This document shows, in pieces, positions 1-13,825 of a DNA stretch of 64,000 nt (positions within the stretch are counted from its first letter, which is position 1; every line of letters begins with the position of its first letter). The stretch is from Eledone cirrhosa. Lineage: Eukaryota. The stretch lies in contig OZ024741.1 in assembly GCA_964016885.1 (NCBI GenBank), positions 367,226,001 to 367,290,000 on the forward strand. The letters run 5' to 3'. The notes under the pieces were generated by a model. That model was not told the origin of the DNA. It searched no databases and saw only the letters and a list, made by a program, of their open reading frames with translations. The position numbers were made by a program, and so were the translations under genes.

Positions 1-2745
1 GCACTAACACACACTGGCACTAACACACACTGGCACTAACACACACTGGCACTAACACACACTGGCACTAACTCACACTGGCACTAACTCACACTGGCGT
101 TAACACACACTGGCACTAACACACACTGGCACTAACACACACTGGCACTAACACACACTGGCACTAACTCACACTGGCACTAACTCACACTGGCGTTAAC
201 ACACACTGGCACTAACACACACTGGCACTAACTCACACTGGCGTTAACACACACTGGCACTAACACACACTGGCGCTAACACACACTGGCGCTAACACAC
301 ACTGGCGCTAACACACACTGGCACTAACTCACACTGGCACTAACACACACTGGCGCTAACACACACTGGCACTAACACACACTGGCACTAACACACACTG
401 GCGCTAACACACACTGGCGCTAACACACACTGGCACTAACACACACTGGCGCTAACACACACTGGCGCTAACACACACTGGCGCTAACACACACTGGCAC
501 TAACACACACTGGCACTAACACACACTGGCACTAACACACACTGGCACTAACACACACTGGCGTTAACACACACTGGCGCTAACACACACTGGCACTAAC
601 ACACACTGGCACTAACACACACTGGCACTAACACACACTGGCACTAACACACACTGGCACTAACACACACTGGCACTAACACACACTGGCACTAACACAC
701 ACTGGCGTTAACACACACTGGCACTAACACACACTGGCACTAACACACACTGGCACTAACACACACTGGCGCTAACACACACTGGCACTAACACACACTG
801 GCACTAACACACACTGGCACTAACACACACTGGCACTAACACACACTGGCACTAACACACACTGGCACTAACACACACTGGCACTAACACACACTGGCAC
901 TAACACACACTGGCACTAACACACACTGGCACTAACACACACTGGCACTAACACACACTGGCACTAACACACACTGGCACTAACACACACTGGCACTAAC
1001 ACACACTGGCACTAACACACACTGGCACTAACACACACTGGCACTAACACACACTGGCACTAACACACACTGGCACTAACACACACTGGCACTAACACAC
1101 ACTGGCACTAACACACACTGGCACTAACACACACTAGCACTAACTCACACTGGCGTTAACACACACTGGCACTAACACACACTGGCACTAACTCACACTG
1201 GCGTTAACACACACTGGCACTAACACACACTGGCACTAACTCACACTGGCGCTAACACACACTGGCACTAACACACACTGGCACTAACACACACTGGCGC
1301 TAACACACACTGGCGCTAACACACACTGGCGCTAACACACACTGGCACTAACACACACTGGCACTAACACACACTGGCACTAACACACACTGGCACTAAC
1401 ACACACTGGCACTAACACACACTGGCGTTAACACACACTGGCACTAACACACACTGGCGTTAACACACACTGGCACTAACACACACTGGCGCTAACACAC
1501 ACTGGCGCTAACACACACTGGCGCTAACACACACTGGCACTAACACACACTGGCACTAACACACACTGGCACTAACACACACTGGCACTAACACACACTG
1601 GCACTAACACACACTGGCACTAACACACACTGGCACTAACACACACTGGCACTAACACACACTGGCGTTAACACACACTGGCGCTAACACACACTGGCGC
1701 TAACACACACTGGCGTTAACACACACTGGCGCTAACACACACTGGCACTAACACACACTGGCACTAACACACACTGGCACTAACACACACTGGCACTAAC
1801 ACACACTGGCACTAACACACACTGGCACTAACACACACTGGCACTAACACACACTGGCACTAACACACACTGGCGTTAACACACACTGGCGCTAACACAC
1901 ACTGGCACTAACACACACTGGCGTTAACACACACTGGCGCTAACACACACTGGCACTAACACACACTGGCACTAACACACACTGGCACTAACACACACTG
2001 GCGCTAACACACACTGGCACTAACACACACTGGCACTAACACACACTGGCACTAACACACACTGGCACTAACACACACTGGCACTAACACACACTGGCAC
2101 TAACACACACTGGCACTAACACACACTGGCACTAACACACACTGGCACTAACACACACTGGCACTAACACACACTGGCACTAACACACACTGGCACTAAC
2201 ACACACTAGCACTAACTCACACTGGCACTAACACACACTGGCACTAACACACACTGGCGCTAACACACACTGGCACTAACACACACTGGCACTAACACAC
2301 ACTGGCACTAACACACACTGGCACTAACACACACTGGCACTAACACACACTGGCACTAACTCACACTGGCACTAACACACACTGGCACTAACACACACTG
2401 GCACTAACACACACTGGCACTAACTCACACTGGCACTAACACACACTGGCACTAACACACACTGGCACTAACACACACTGGCACTAACACACACTGGCAC
2501 TAACACACACTGGCACTAACACACACTGGCACTAACACACACTGGCACTAACACACACTAGCACTAACTCACACTGGCGTTAACACACACTGGCACTAAC
2601 ACACACTGGCACTAACTCACACTGGCGTTAACACACACTGGCACTAACACACACTGGCACTAACTCACACTGGCGTTAACACACACTGGCACTAACACAC
2701 ACTGGCACTAACTCACACTGGCGCTAACACACACTGGCACTAACC
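1..2745. repeat. 16-bp tandem satellite (GCACTAACACACACTG)n, runs off the window start
   Basis: Continuous 16-bp units with recurrent variants GCGTTAAC, GCGCTAAC, ACTAACTC; decays into (CA)n-like sequence by about 2950. Confidence 0.97.
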
Positions 2746-3654
2746 CACACAGACACACATTCACACACACTGACATTAACACAGACATACATACATACAC
2801 ACACACAAACTGACACACAGACATACACATATACACAGAGACACAGGCAGACATATACACAGACATTGATACATACACACACACTGACACACACAGAGAC
2901 ACTGACACACACAGAGACACTGACACACACACACACACAGACAGACACACAACTTCAATGATGTTAACACCCCTAACACCACCCTGGGTAGCTTAGAAAA
3001 GCAATGATTTATTTAGATGATGTGTAGGCTAATGTAGTATGGGACTACAATGGAATGCTGGAATTGGGTTGAAAATAAGGGAGAAAAGGTTGAGATGAGG
3101 TGGATGGGTGAGCTGGTGGGTGGATGGTGGGGTAGATGTTGGGTGGATATTTGGGCTGGTGGTTTTGTATGCTCCCTGGTAGAGCTGATGGTGGGGCTGG
3201 TGGGGTAGATGGTAGGCGGATATTGTGGGCTGGGGGGTTTTGTATGCTCCCTAGTGGAGCTGAGGGTGGATGATGGAGCTGGTGAGCAGATGGCTGGCGA
3301 TGCAGCCAGAGGTGGGTATGTAGGTGGATGGGTAGATACTGGGTAGATGGTGGAGCTAATAGTTGGAGGAATGAGAATAAACTGGTTCTTAGTGATAGTA
3401 TGTGGGACAGGGGTAGATAACCATGAGAGACATAGAATGTCCATCATTGTTGCGATGATGATGATGTCCATCACCACCACCACCACTATGGTTATGATAG
3501 TTGTTGGTGGGGATAAAAAAGGCACTATTTGACTTCGTAAGGAGATAAAGAAAAGAAAAAAGAAAAAAGGTGCCTGGGGGTGGGGACAAAAACTATTTGA
3601 GTGGTAGCAACAACAACAACAATGCTGGTTCTTATAATTCCCCACTGATAATGA

Positions 3655-3880
3655 CGTTGGTGATGATGATGATGATGGTGGTTGTGGTGGTGGTGATAAT
3701 GATGATGGTGATGTAGGTGATGTTGGTGATAATGATGTAGGTGGTGATGATGGTGGTTGTAGTGATGATGGTTGTTGTAGTGATGATAGTGGTTGTGGTG
3801 ATGATGATGATAAAGATGGTTGTGGTGGTGATGATAAAAATGGTTGTGGTGGTGATGATAAAGATGGTTGTGGTGGTGAT
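3655..3880. repeat. (GAT/GGT)n trinucleotide low-complexity tract
   Basis: Runs of gatgat/ggtggt; source of the poly-His/Ser/Pro pseudo-ORFs. Confidence 0.85.
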
Positions 3881-4103
3881 TCCACAAGAGGGTAGAGGGG
3901 AAATATACCCAAGGGATTAGAGACAATATCAGAAATGATACAATTGGGGTAGGAGGAGCTACTGTGTTGATTTGAACAGAATGAGGAAATTTGGACCCCT
4001 CATAGTGGGGGGGTTGAAGGGTGGTTTACTGGAGGAAGGGAGGGGGGGGGGGGGGTAGGAAAGGAATATAAATGGTGAGGCATAATACCATGATGACTCA
4101 TCT

Positions 4104-5196
4104 AATATATATATGTATACATATATATATACACACATATACACAAATATATATACACACATATATACATACATATATATATACACACATATGTACACAC
4201 ATATATACACATATCTATATACACACATATATACATACATACATATATACACACATATACATACATATATATATACACACATATATACACATATATATAT
4301 ACACACATACATATATATACACACACATATATATATACACACACATATATATATACACACACATACATATATATACACACACATACATATATATACACAC
4401 ACATATATATATATACACACATATATATATATACACACATATATATATATACACATATATATATATACACATATATATATATATACACATATATATATAT
4501 ACACATATATATATATATACACATATATATATATACACATATATATATACACATATATATATATACACATATATACATACATATATATACACACATATAT
4601 ATACACATATATACACATATATATACACATATATACATACATATACATACACATATATATATATACACACATATACATATACACATATATACATACATAT
4701 ATATATATACACACATATACACACAGATATACATACACATATATATACACACATATACATACATCCATCCATATATACATACACATATATACACACATAT
4801 ATACATACATACATACATATATACACATATATACATACATATACACACATATATATATATATATATATAAGGTGGCTGCCAACTCGTTTTCGAGTACGGC
4901 CACTACTTTAGATCCATGTAGGAGAACCCCTACTGATGCGCTACACGAGTGTGACTTTTTAGTCCAGCCAGCGACTTGAAAACTCTGGTACAAACACTAC
5001 ACTTGTGACAATTATTGACACATAGTGCTGGGCCCATGGTACCATGTGACGACAAGTGCAGAGAGATCTCCAGATATAAAGCAATGCCTGTGCCGTGAAG
5101 CTTTTATAGTGAGCAAAGGCACTGCACAAAGCCAGTCCCACTCTCTTAACCAAGAGAGTGTATATTATATATATATACACACATATATACATACAT

Positions 5197-5238
<42 letters not shown>

Positions 5239-5850
5239 ACAGATACATACATATATACATACAGATACATACATATATACATATATACATATATGTATGT
5301 ATACATGTATATATGTATATATGTATATATGTGTGTATATATATATACACTCTCTTGGTTAAGAGAGTGGGACTGGCTTTGTGCAGTGCCTTTGCTCACT
5401 CTAAAAGCTTCACATGTATATATATATATACATATATACATGTATACATATATATATATGTATACATGTATATATATATGAATGCATACATATATACATA
5501 TATAGACACACACACACATATATACATATATACACACACACACATATATACATATATACACACACACACATATATATATATATACACACACATATATACA
5601 TACATATATATATACACACACATATATACATACATACATACATATATATATATACACATATACATACATACATACACACATACATACATACACACATACA
5701 CACACAGATACATACACACATACATACATATATACACACACAAACACACATACATACACACACACACACAAACATACATATATACGCGCAAACACACATA
5801 CATATATATATATATACACACACAAACACACATACATATATATATACATA

Positions 5851-5910
<60 letters not shown>

Positions 5911-6398
5911 CACACACACATATATATATATACAACTTAGAGCCTGGACCAGGAAGTCTATCTTTGTTTTTATATTTGTTATTTTTATTCATTTTTATTA
6001 TTATTATTATTTCTTTCATTCTTTTGTTTTCTTTCTATAACATGTGCAACATGAAAAAAAACAGAAAAATCCCAGATACAAACACTATTATACACAAGTA
6101 CACACAAACCTATATACACATTATTTTATACACACATATATATATATACACAAACATATATATACACACATATATACACAAACATACACATATATATATA
6201 TACATACATATATACACACACACATATACACACATATATACACAAACATATATACACACATATACACATATATATACACACATATACACATATTTATACA
6301 CATATATACACACAAACATACACACATATATACACAAACATATATACACACACACACCACACATATATATACACAAACACAAACACACACATATATAT

Positions 6399-6433
<35 letters not shown>
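4104..6433. repeat. Compound (TA)n/(CA)n/(TACA)n microsatellite field, interrupted at 4870-5160, 5345-5415 and 5935-6110
   Basis: Alternating purine-pyrimidine repeats seen directly; all YIYI/CVCV ORFs derive from it. Confidence 0.95.
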
Positions 6434-6467
6434 GTTAAAAGAATAGAGGTGTAACACACAAGTTATT

Positions 6468-6760
6468 ATATATTGGTAAACGGAATAGAAAATGCTGACA
6501 AATTGTTCACAGTTGAAAAATGGTTTAATTAGGAATAAAAGAGTATTAGTGATTGTATGGGTTAGTATTCAGTTGTGGTTTTAAGTTTTTAAGTTTTTAC
6601 CGGTTGCGCATTTCTAAATGCTTTTCAAAAATAATTTTGAGATAGAGTGTCCGTGCTGACAGCACTAACCCATACAATCACTAATACTCTTTTATTCCTA
6701 ATTAAACCATTTTTCAACTGAACAATTTGTCAGCATTTTCTATTCCGTTTACCAATATAT
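6468..6760. repeat. Fold-back inverted repeat, arms about 100 bp, between (TA)n tracts
   Basis: tatattggtaaacggaatagaaaatgctgacaaattgttc...gggttagt (6468-6566) is the near-exact reverse complement of actaaccatacaatc...ttccgtttaccaatata (6664-6759). Confidence 0.92.
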
Positions 6761-6845
6761 ATATATATATATAAAAACAAATAACGAAACGAAATTAAAT
6801 TTCGTTTCGTTTGTAACTCACTTTTGTATGACTGACGCTTAAACA

Positions 6846-7093
6846 ATTAAGTTAAAAATGTACATCTACATATGCATACTGAAATACTAGTGTGCATATG
6901 AATACACACACGTATACATATGTAGATGTAACAAGTCTTTCACTGGTTACTTTACTGTGAGTAACCCAGCTATTCTGTATGTAAACACACAGACAAACCG
7001 GTGAAAGACTTGTTACATCTACATATGTATACATGTGTGTATTCATATGCACACTAGTATTTCAGTATGCATATGTAGATGTACATTTTTAAC

Positions 7094-7100
<7 letters not shown>
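6846..7100. repeat. Fold-back inverted repeat, arms about 105 bp, ending at (TA)n
   Basis: aattaagttaaaaatgtacatctac...ctttcactggtt mirrored by aaccggtgaaagac...tttttaacttaatt. Confidence 0.92.
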
Positions 7101-7142
<42 letters not shown>

Positions 7143-7304
7143 TGGAATTTAACAATACCATGAGGACAATGTAGAAAACCTTGTGATGGACTGGTGTCCC
7201 GCCTAGGGTGAAGTCCTGTACTCTCAGTTGCTTAATGCCAATAAAACTGTGATAATCACCGGCCTCTGAGTTTGGGACAGACTTTAACTTTTTATATATA
7301 TATA

Positions 7305-7684
7305 TCATCATCATTTTACGTCCACTTTTTCCCTGCTTGCAAGGGTGGGACGGGAACTGATTCTGGCTTGATTTCTACAGCTGGATGCCCTTCCTAACAC
7401 CAACCTCATTTACAGTGAGTGCTGGGTGCTTTTTTTTTCGTGGCGCCTACACGTCCACTTTACAGTGTGGGCTGGGTACTTTTTTGCCGTGGCACCTCCA
7501 CGTCCACTTTGCAGTGGAATGATATGGACCCCAGTCCTATCATCTCATTTCTACAGCTGAGTAAACTGGAGCAATGTGAAATAAAGTGTCTTGCCCAAGG
7601 AAACAACACATCGCCCGGTCTGAGAATTGAACTCACAACCTTTCAATTGCAAAGCCAATGCTCTAACCACTAAGCCATGTGCCT

Positions 7685-7688
<4 letters not shown>
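7305..7688 (-). mobile_element. tRNA-derived SINE with RTE-type (GAT)n tail
   Basis: Minus strand starts ggaggcacatggcttagtggttagagc (A box) with a gtgagttcaattc B-box-like motif and ends ggacgtaaaatgatgatg. Homologous copies at 27065-27345 and 44855-45245. Confidence 0.8.
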
Positions 7689-7732
<44 letters not shown>

Positions 7733-7742
7733 TTTTTTTTTT

Positions 7743-7944
7743 TTAGTTATGTAATAAACAACATAAGATAATTATTTCATTTACCAGTGGTTTCTTGAAA
7801 GCAGATATTTATTTCAAATCCATATTTAATAAAAACACCATGTTTTTTATTCATTCTGATGACTGAAAACAGATATAAATATCTGCTTTCAAGAAACCAC
7901 TGGTAAATGAAATAATTATCTTATGTTGTTTATTACATAACTAA
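7743..7944. repeat. Fold-back inverted repeat, arms about 70 bp, between (TA)n tracts
   Basis: ttagttatgtaataaacaac...gcagatatttat mirrored by ataaatatctgc...gtttattacataactaa. Confidence 0.9.
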
Positions 7945-8007
7945 TAAGCTCTGTAGCCTACATAGAGCACACTTTTTTCCTGTACCTTTCCGACGAATTA
8001 CTTCATT

Positions 8008-8052
<45 letters not shown>

Positions 8053-8059
<7 letters not shown>

Positions 8060-8157
8060 GTCCCAAAAATCTATACACACTTTGATTACCGGTACAGCCA
8101 ATATTTATTAGAATGCTGTTGAAGTATGTATACATTTTTTTTGGGGGGGACACTGTA
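8053..8157. mobile_element. Small Tc1/mariner-type MITE remnant
   Basis: Left end tattgtgtcccaaaaatctatacacact and right end agtatgtatacattttttttggggggacactgta form degenerate TIRs; TA-flanked. Confidence 0.5.
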
Positions 8158-8792
8158 TGTGTGTATATATTATATATATATTCTTTTACTGGTTTCCCTC
8201 ATTATACTGCTATCATGCTGGTGCATAACCTTGATTTAGTCCATATTACCCCAGTACTTGTTTTTTCAAGCCTGGTATTTATAATGATCTTTGTCAACGT
8301 GCTAAATTGCATGAAATAGACACGTGGGCGCATGCACGCGCAGACACTCGCACGCGCGCGCGCACACACACACACACACACCACAGGCTTCTGCAGTTTC
8401 CATTTACCAAATTCCAATCACAAAGCATTGGTCAACCTGAGTCTATAGTAGAAGACATTTGACCAAAATACCAGGCAACAGGAATGGACACAGAACCACA
8501 AGATTGTGAAGCAAACTCCTTAATCAAACAGTCTAGCCTTCAGTGGGTGTTTAACCTTTAACATGCTCTAGGCACCTTATATCATCAATAGAGTGATCTC
8601 CCCTTAATACATAATGCAGTGTCAAGGGAAGCAATTCATAAAAATTTCTGTACTTAAAACATTCAGACATTAACTGAATGGGTACTCAATACAAGAAAAC
8701 AGAGAGTAACATCATCATCATTTTACGTCCACTTTTCCCTGCTTGCAAGGGTGGCACAGGTCCTTCAGCACAGCATCTCTACATTTGAAATG

Positions 8793-10942
8793 TACAGCGT
8801 GGACTGTGTTTTTTTTTTGTCGTGACACCTACACGATCTCATTTGTTTCGGCCTGGATGTTGTGGCACCAACATAACTTTACATTGAAAGGGGCGGTGTG
8901 GATGGGGTGGGGTGGTGGGACGGGGGTGTATTTTGTTAGAGATGCCTACTGACTGTAGTAGGTTTTACTTTGTATTTAGGTAACGCGGGTCTTCTCTATT
9001 ACTGAGTACCGCCAAAGCTCTCGGTCCAGTGACATTGTCTTGGAGAGGTGTAGGTGTGTGAGGTCGGAATTTATCAGCTCGTCCCAGGTTTTTCTGGGTC
9101 TGCCTACTCCGTGGCTACCGTCTATCTTTATTGCTCTACACTTTGCTATACAGCTGTCGTCTTTCATGCGCATCACATGACCATACCAACGTAGCCTTCT
9201 CTCGAGTAAACAGCATCTGATCCCTCTTATTTCTAATCTTTTCCTTAGTTCGTTTATGCTTTGCCGTTCGCGTATATTACTATTACACATCCAGCGGAGC
9301 ATACAAGCTTCGTTCCTCTCTAGTCTGCGTATATCCTCTGCACACAATGCCCAGGTCTCACTGCCATGCAACATTGCTGTTCGTATGCAGGCATCATACA
9401 ACCTGCCTTTCATTTTTAGGGAGAACCCTTTAGCGGCTAATAGTGGTATAAGCTCTCTGAACTTTTTCCATCCAGTTCTGACTCTAGCTACTGTACTTTC
9501 GGAGCACCCTCCCCCACTGCTTATTTTGTCACCCAGGTAACGGAAGCTGTCCACTATTTCTATAGAACCCTCTGCGCAGTTGAAAGTGCTAGTATTTTGT
9601 GGGCACTTGCTGCTACTTATTGCACCAGAGCACCGGCCACATGTAAAATCTGTGTTCTTAGTTAGCTTACCTGTGATCACACTACATCTTTTATGCACAC
9701 ATACTTTGCATTTGGGACATAAAATGGAGTTTCTACCTACGCCTTTCCTACACACTGAGCATGGCCATTTCCCGGAAGGGACCGGCGCCTTATTTTCTTT
9801 CCTACAAACTAGAACTTTAGTCTTAGCCATGTTAATTTTAAGGCCTTTTGAGTCTAAGCCGTGCTTCCATGTTTGGAATTTCTTCTCTAGCTCGGCCATT
9901 GATTCAGCTATGAGCGTTAGGTCATCTGCGTATAGGAGTTCCCATGGGCAGCCGGTCTTGAACTCCTCTGTTATAGCCTGAAGAGCAATAATGAATAGTA
10001 GGGGGCTAAGAACAGAGCCCTGATGGACACCAACTTTTATGCTAAACTCTTCACTATATTCGTTGTTAATTCTAACCTTGCTCACTGTTTATACATGGCT
10101 TTATACATGGCTTGTATAGCTCTCACAAGCCATTCGTCAACACCTAGTTTTCTAAGAGCCCACCAGATAATGGAACGGGGGACTCTGTCGAAGGCTTTCT
10201 CCAAGTCGACAACGGCTAAGTATAGGGGTTTACTTTTAGCTAGGTACTTCTCCTGTAGTTGTCGTACAATGAAAATAGCGTCTGTGGTACTTTTGCCTGA
10301 CACAAACCCGAACTGCATTTCATCTAGATAGATTCTCACTCTGATTAGTTGCACTATTACTTTTTCCGTGACCTTCATGACCTGGTCGATTAATTTAATC
10401 CCTCTATAGTTACTCCTATCTAGGGCGTCTCCTTTACCCTTGTAACAGTTAATGATGATGCTGCTACGCCAGTCCTTCGGAACAACCCCATTCTGTATGA
10501 CTTGGTTTACTATCCGGGTGACCATGGTGTGTCCCACCGTTCCAGAGGCCTTCAGCATCTCAGCAACTATTTCCGAAGGCCCAGCCGCCTTACCCGTCTT
10601 CATATCTTTGATTGCCTTACTTATTATACTACCTTCAACTAACACTGCTGGTCCCTCTATTGGATCGATCTGGAGGAGACTATCCTTCTCCCATTTATTC
10701 TCCTCATTTAGTAGCCTCTCGTAGTGACACTTCCAAGCGACCTTCTTATCAGCGTCAGTGATGGCGAGTACGCCATCATCATTTAGTACACACTTCTCCC
10801 CAACAATATCACGGTTTTCCTTGACACATTGCCTAGCAATCCTGAACACCTCACGTTTTTGGTCCTCGCGTTGTAGAACATGCTTGAACTTTCTTTCCTC
10901 TGCTTCCCTTCTTGCGAAGTACACTTGTCTCCTAGCTTCCCT

Positions 10943-10945
<3 letters not shown>
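8793..10945 (-). mobile_element. RTE-clade LINE, 5'-truncated, ORF2 reverse transcriptase with one frameshift near 10085, plus part of the 3' UTR
   Basis: RT motifs GKAAGPS, NYRGIKL, QFGF, VDLEKAFDRV, GVHQGSVLSPLLF, LLYADD, FRYLG and RTE C-terminus RRLRWYGHVMR...GRPRKTW in ORFs 10082-10945 and 8976-10085. 3' UTR matches the copy at 19062-19890. Confidence 0.95.
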
Positions 10946-10985
<40 letters not shown>

Positions 10986-11419
10986 TTGTCTGTGTGTGTG
11001 TGTCCCCTCATTTTTGCAAAGTCTATACAAATCCACATTTCTACTCCGATTGACTTCAAGCTTGCATTTATATATTCCTTGCGGTCTAAAGATATTAACT
11101 GCAGCTTATATTTCAATTTTCTGTTGTTAAAGGGGTGTTAGGCGCCGGTTATCCATCTCTGTCATGCTCTTATAATATCTGTCTGTAAGCCTGGCTGTCT
11201 GCATTACGACATTCTGACGAACATTGTTGACGTATTATGTTCGCTATTTTCCATTCAGTGCCAGGGAACGTCTTCACGAACCAAAGTATCGTCTTCCTGT
11301 TTTCCTTCGGTTGCAACGTTTTTCGAAATATTTACTTCTCCGTTCACAGATGTTTTCAGAAGATCCCATTAAGGGTGAAAGCAACGATTCTTTGCTTAAA
11401 CTTTAATCTGTTATTTAAC

Positions 11420-12054
11420 CTATATATGTATATATATAAAACTGAGGAAGGATGTATGTATGTGTGTATATGTGTGTGTGTGAAACCCGAGAAGTACCCA
11501 ACCGATCTTTTTCAAACTTTACATGTGTATTACTTATATTTCAGGGAGTGTTATGCACATAAAAAAAATTCAACTCTTTGATCCCCTAGGACCCACATTA
11601 GGTGAAAAATTGCATTTTTTCCAGCTTTTTAGGGGTTTTTTGAGGCGTTACGTCAGACCGATTTCCTTGAAATTGTAACTATGTATTAGTCAGTCTCTTC
11701 TTCATACCGTGAGCAAAGAAAATCCAACTTTTTTATGGCCTAGGTGAAAAACTTCATTTCTTTCAGCTTTTTAGGGCTTTTTTTAGGCATTACGTCTAAC
11801 CGATTTTCCCGAAATTTCAAGGCACATTATGCACATAAAAAAAATTCATTTTCTTGATCCCTTAGGGCCCGCATTAGGTGAAAACCTGCCCTTTTCCTGC
11901 TTCATCGAGGAAAATCTTAGATTATCCAGCCATCAGAATATTCGGTTTATTTTCTTTACATTTTCTCCAGGCATGCAGTTTTTCCACAATTAGGTCTGTT
12001 GGCAGCCCGCGTTCCAAAATACCTTATCCCATGCAACGCCGGGTACCACTGCTA

Positions 12055-12056
<2 letters not shown>
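11420..12056 (+). mobile_element. Non-autonomous Helitron-like element
   Basis: 5' ctatatatgtatatatataaaa; internal repeated ccgatt...gaaatt subunits; 3' hairpin cccatgcaacgccggg followed by CTAG|T terminus. Confidence 0.7.
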
Positions 12057-12104
<48 letters not shown>

Positions 12105-12515
12105 TCAGCCATCTGACTGTGGCCATGGTGGAGCCATTACCATGAGTAACATACATATATGTCCAGCCCAATTAATTGACCAACTATAGTGTAAGCAGAC
12201 ATAAGCACTCCACAACGTGGGTACTTTAAGGTGTTACCGATAAGGTATTAGACAGAGTGTCAATATTATAAAGAAGATAGATACATTTTATAGATGGAGA
12301 GAGAGGATCTATACATAAAATTGTCTCTTTTCTTTATAATATGTATATATATATATTTTTTTTTTTTTTTAGTATATGTTGGTTGTTTACCGACACCTCA
12401 ATATGCAGATTGGAGCACTCGAAGTACACAGGTTGGTTTGTTTACACCGGAGTAATGTAAAATAATTAAGTAAAATATGTAAAATTTGGCTTCGTTTATT
12501 ATAAATTATAGATAT

Positions 12516-12574
12516 ACTGCTCTATATATATATTTCGGTGACAGCCATCATTGGCTGTGACCTCTTCAGGCAGT
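12516..12574 (-). ncRNA. Minimal type I hammerhead ribozyme, left arm of palindrome 12459-12825
   Basis: Reverse complement reads actgc CTGAAGA ggtcacagcc-aatgat-ggctgtcacc GAAA tatatatataga gcagt; the cleavage-site region differs from the right-arm copy. Confidence 0.65.
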
Positions 12575-12712
12575 CCGAATTGGTGTGGGAAAGACAGGTA
12601 CACATGTTGTTGAAGTGTGTTTTACTCCGTCAATACATTGATATGTCCAGCTCCTTGTTGTGTAAAACACACTTCAACAACATGTGTACCTGTCTTTCCC
12701 ACACCAATTCGG

Positions 12713-12767
12713 ACTGCCTGAAGAGGTCACAGCCAATGATGGCTGTCACCGAAATATATATAGCAGT
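12713..12767 (+). ncRNA. Minimal type I hammerhead ribozyme, right arm of palindrome 12459-12825
   Basis: Stem I actgc/gcagt; core CTGAAGA (12718-24); stem II ggtcacagcc/ggctgtcacc (9 of 10 pairs); GAAA (12751-54); palindromic stem III; AUA cleavage triplet. Confidence 0.85.
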
Positions 12768-12818
12768 ATATCTATAATTTATAATAAATGAAGCCAAATT
12801 TTACATATTTGACATAAT

Positions 12819-12918
<100 letters not shown>

Positions 12919-13825
12919 CAGTTGATGAAAGTTGGTTGATCATATAATCTACCAACTTTTTCGTAAACAGATGTAAAGCCCTCTGCGATTTGTATACCTT
13001 AGGATTTTCTCAGTAAGGTATCAACCAGAGTTTCAATATGCATAATAGAATTATGTAATAAAAAGAAGGTATACGGATAAAACCCATCTCTCTTATTCAT
13101 ATATATATATAATATAATGATAAATACTAAAACCAGCATCAGGAAGACTTTAACACAAGCAACTAAAGCATAAATAATCAATAGGCAATACTCCTCCTCA
13201 CTCAAACCTTCAACCCAACCACCCTACATGTATTACTACCACCATTATTATTATTATTATTATTGTTGTATTTATGGAAGTAATTTACTAACAGAGAGCC
13301 AGTGTGTTGATTAAAACTACAGATAAAAATGGTTTGTTCGCGTTCCAGAGATTATATTTATACTTACACACACACACACACACACACATTTATACAAACA
13401 TATATATACACCCACTAGACAGGATGAAATAGTTTTACTGCATAGTAAGTTTCCTACTGAATTATCTATGTGAAGGGGAAGTGGGGCATAGCGGATGTGT
13501 ATGGAGTGGGGTGCAGTAATTGTTAGGAATTCTGTGGTAGTGATGGTGGTAGTGGTGGTGGTTACAGTGGTGGTGGTGGTGGTGGTCATAGTGATGGTTA
13601 CAGTGGTGTGGTGGTGGTGGTAGTGATGGTTACAGTGGTGGTGGTGGTGGTGATGGTCGTAGTGGGAGTTACAGTGGTGGTGGTGGTGGTGATGGTCGTA
13701 GTGGGAGTTACAGTGGTGGTAGTGGTGGTGGTGGTAGTAGGGGTTACAGTGGTGGTGGTGGTGGTGGCAATAGTGCCAGTGACAGCAGTGGTGATGGTAG
13801 TCCTACTTGTGATAATAGTATTGAT

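Noticed and set aside
3959-6459. Long [12 protein letters not shown] ORFs up to 469 aa (also 55071-55515 and 59415-59801)
   Set aside because: Translations of (TA)n/(CA)n microsatellites that lack stop codons; open in several frames on both strands.
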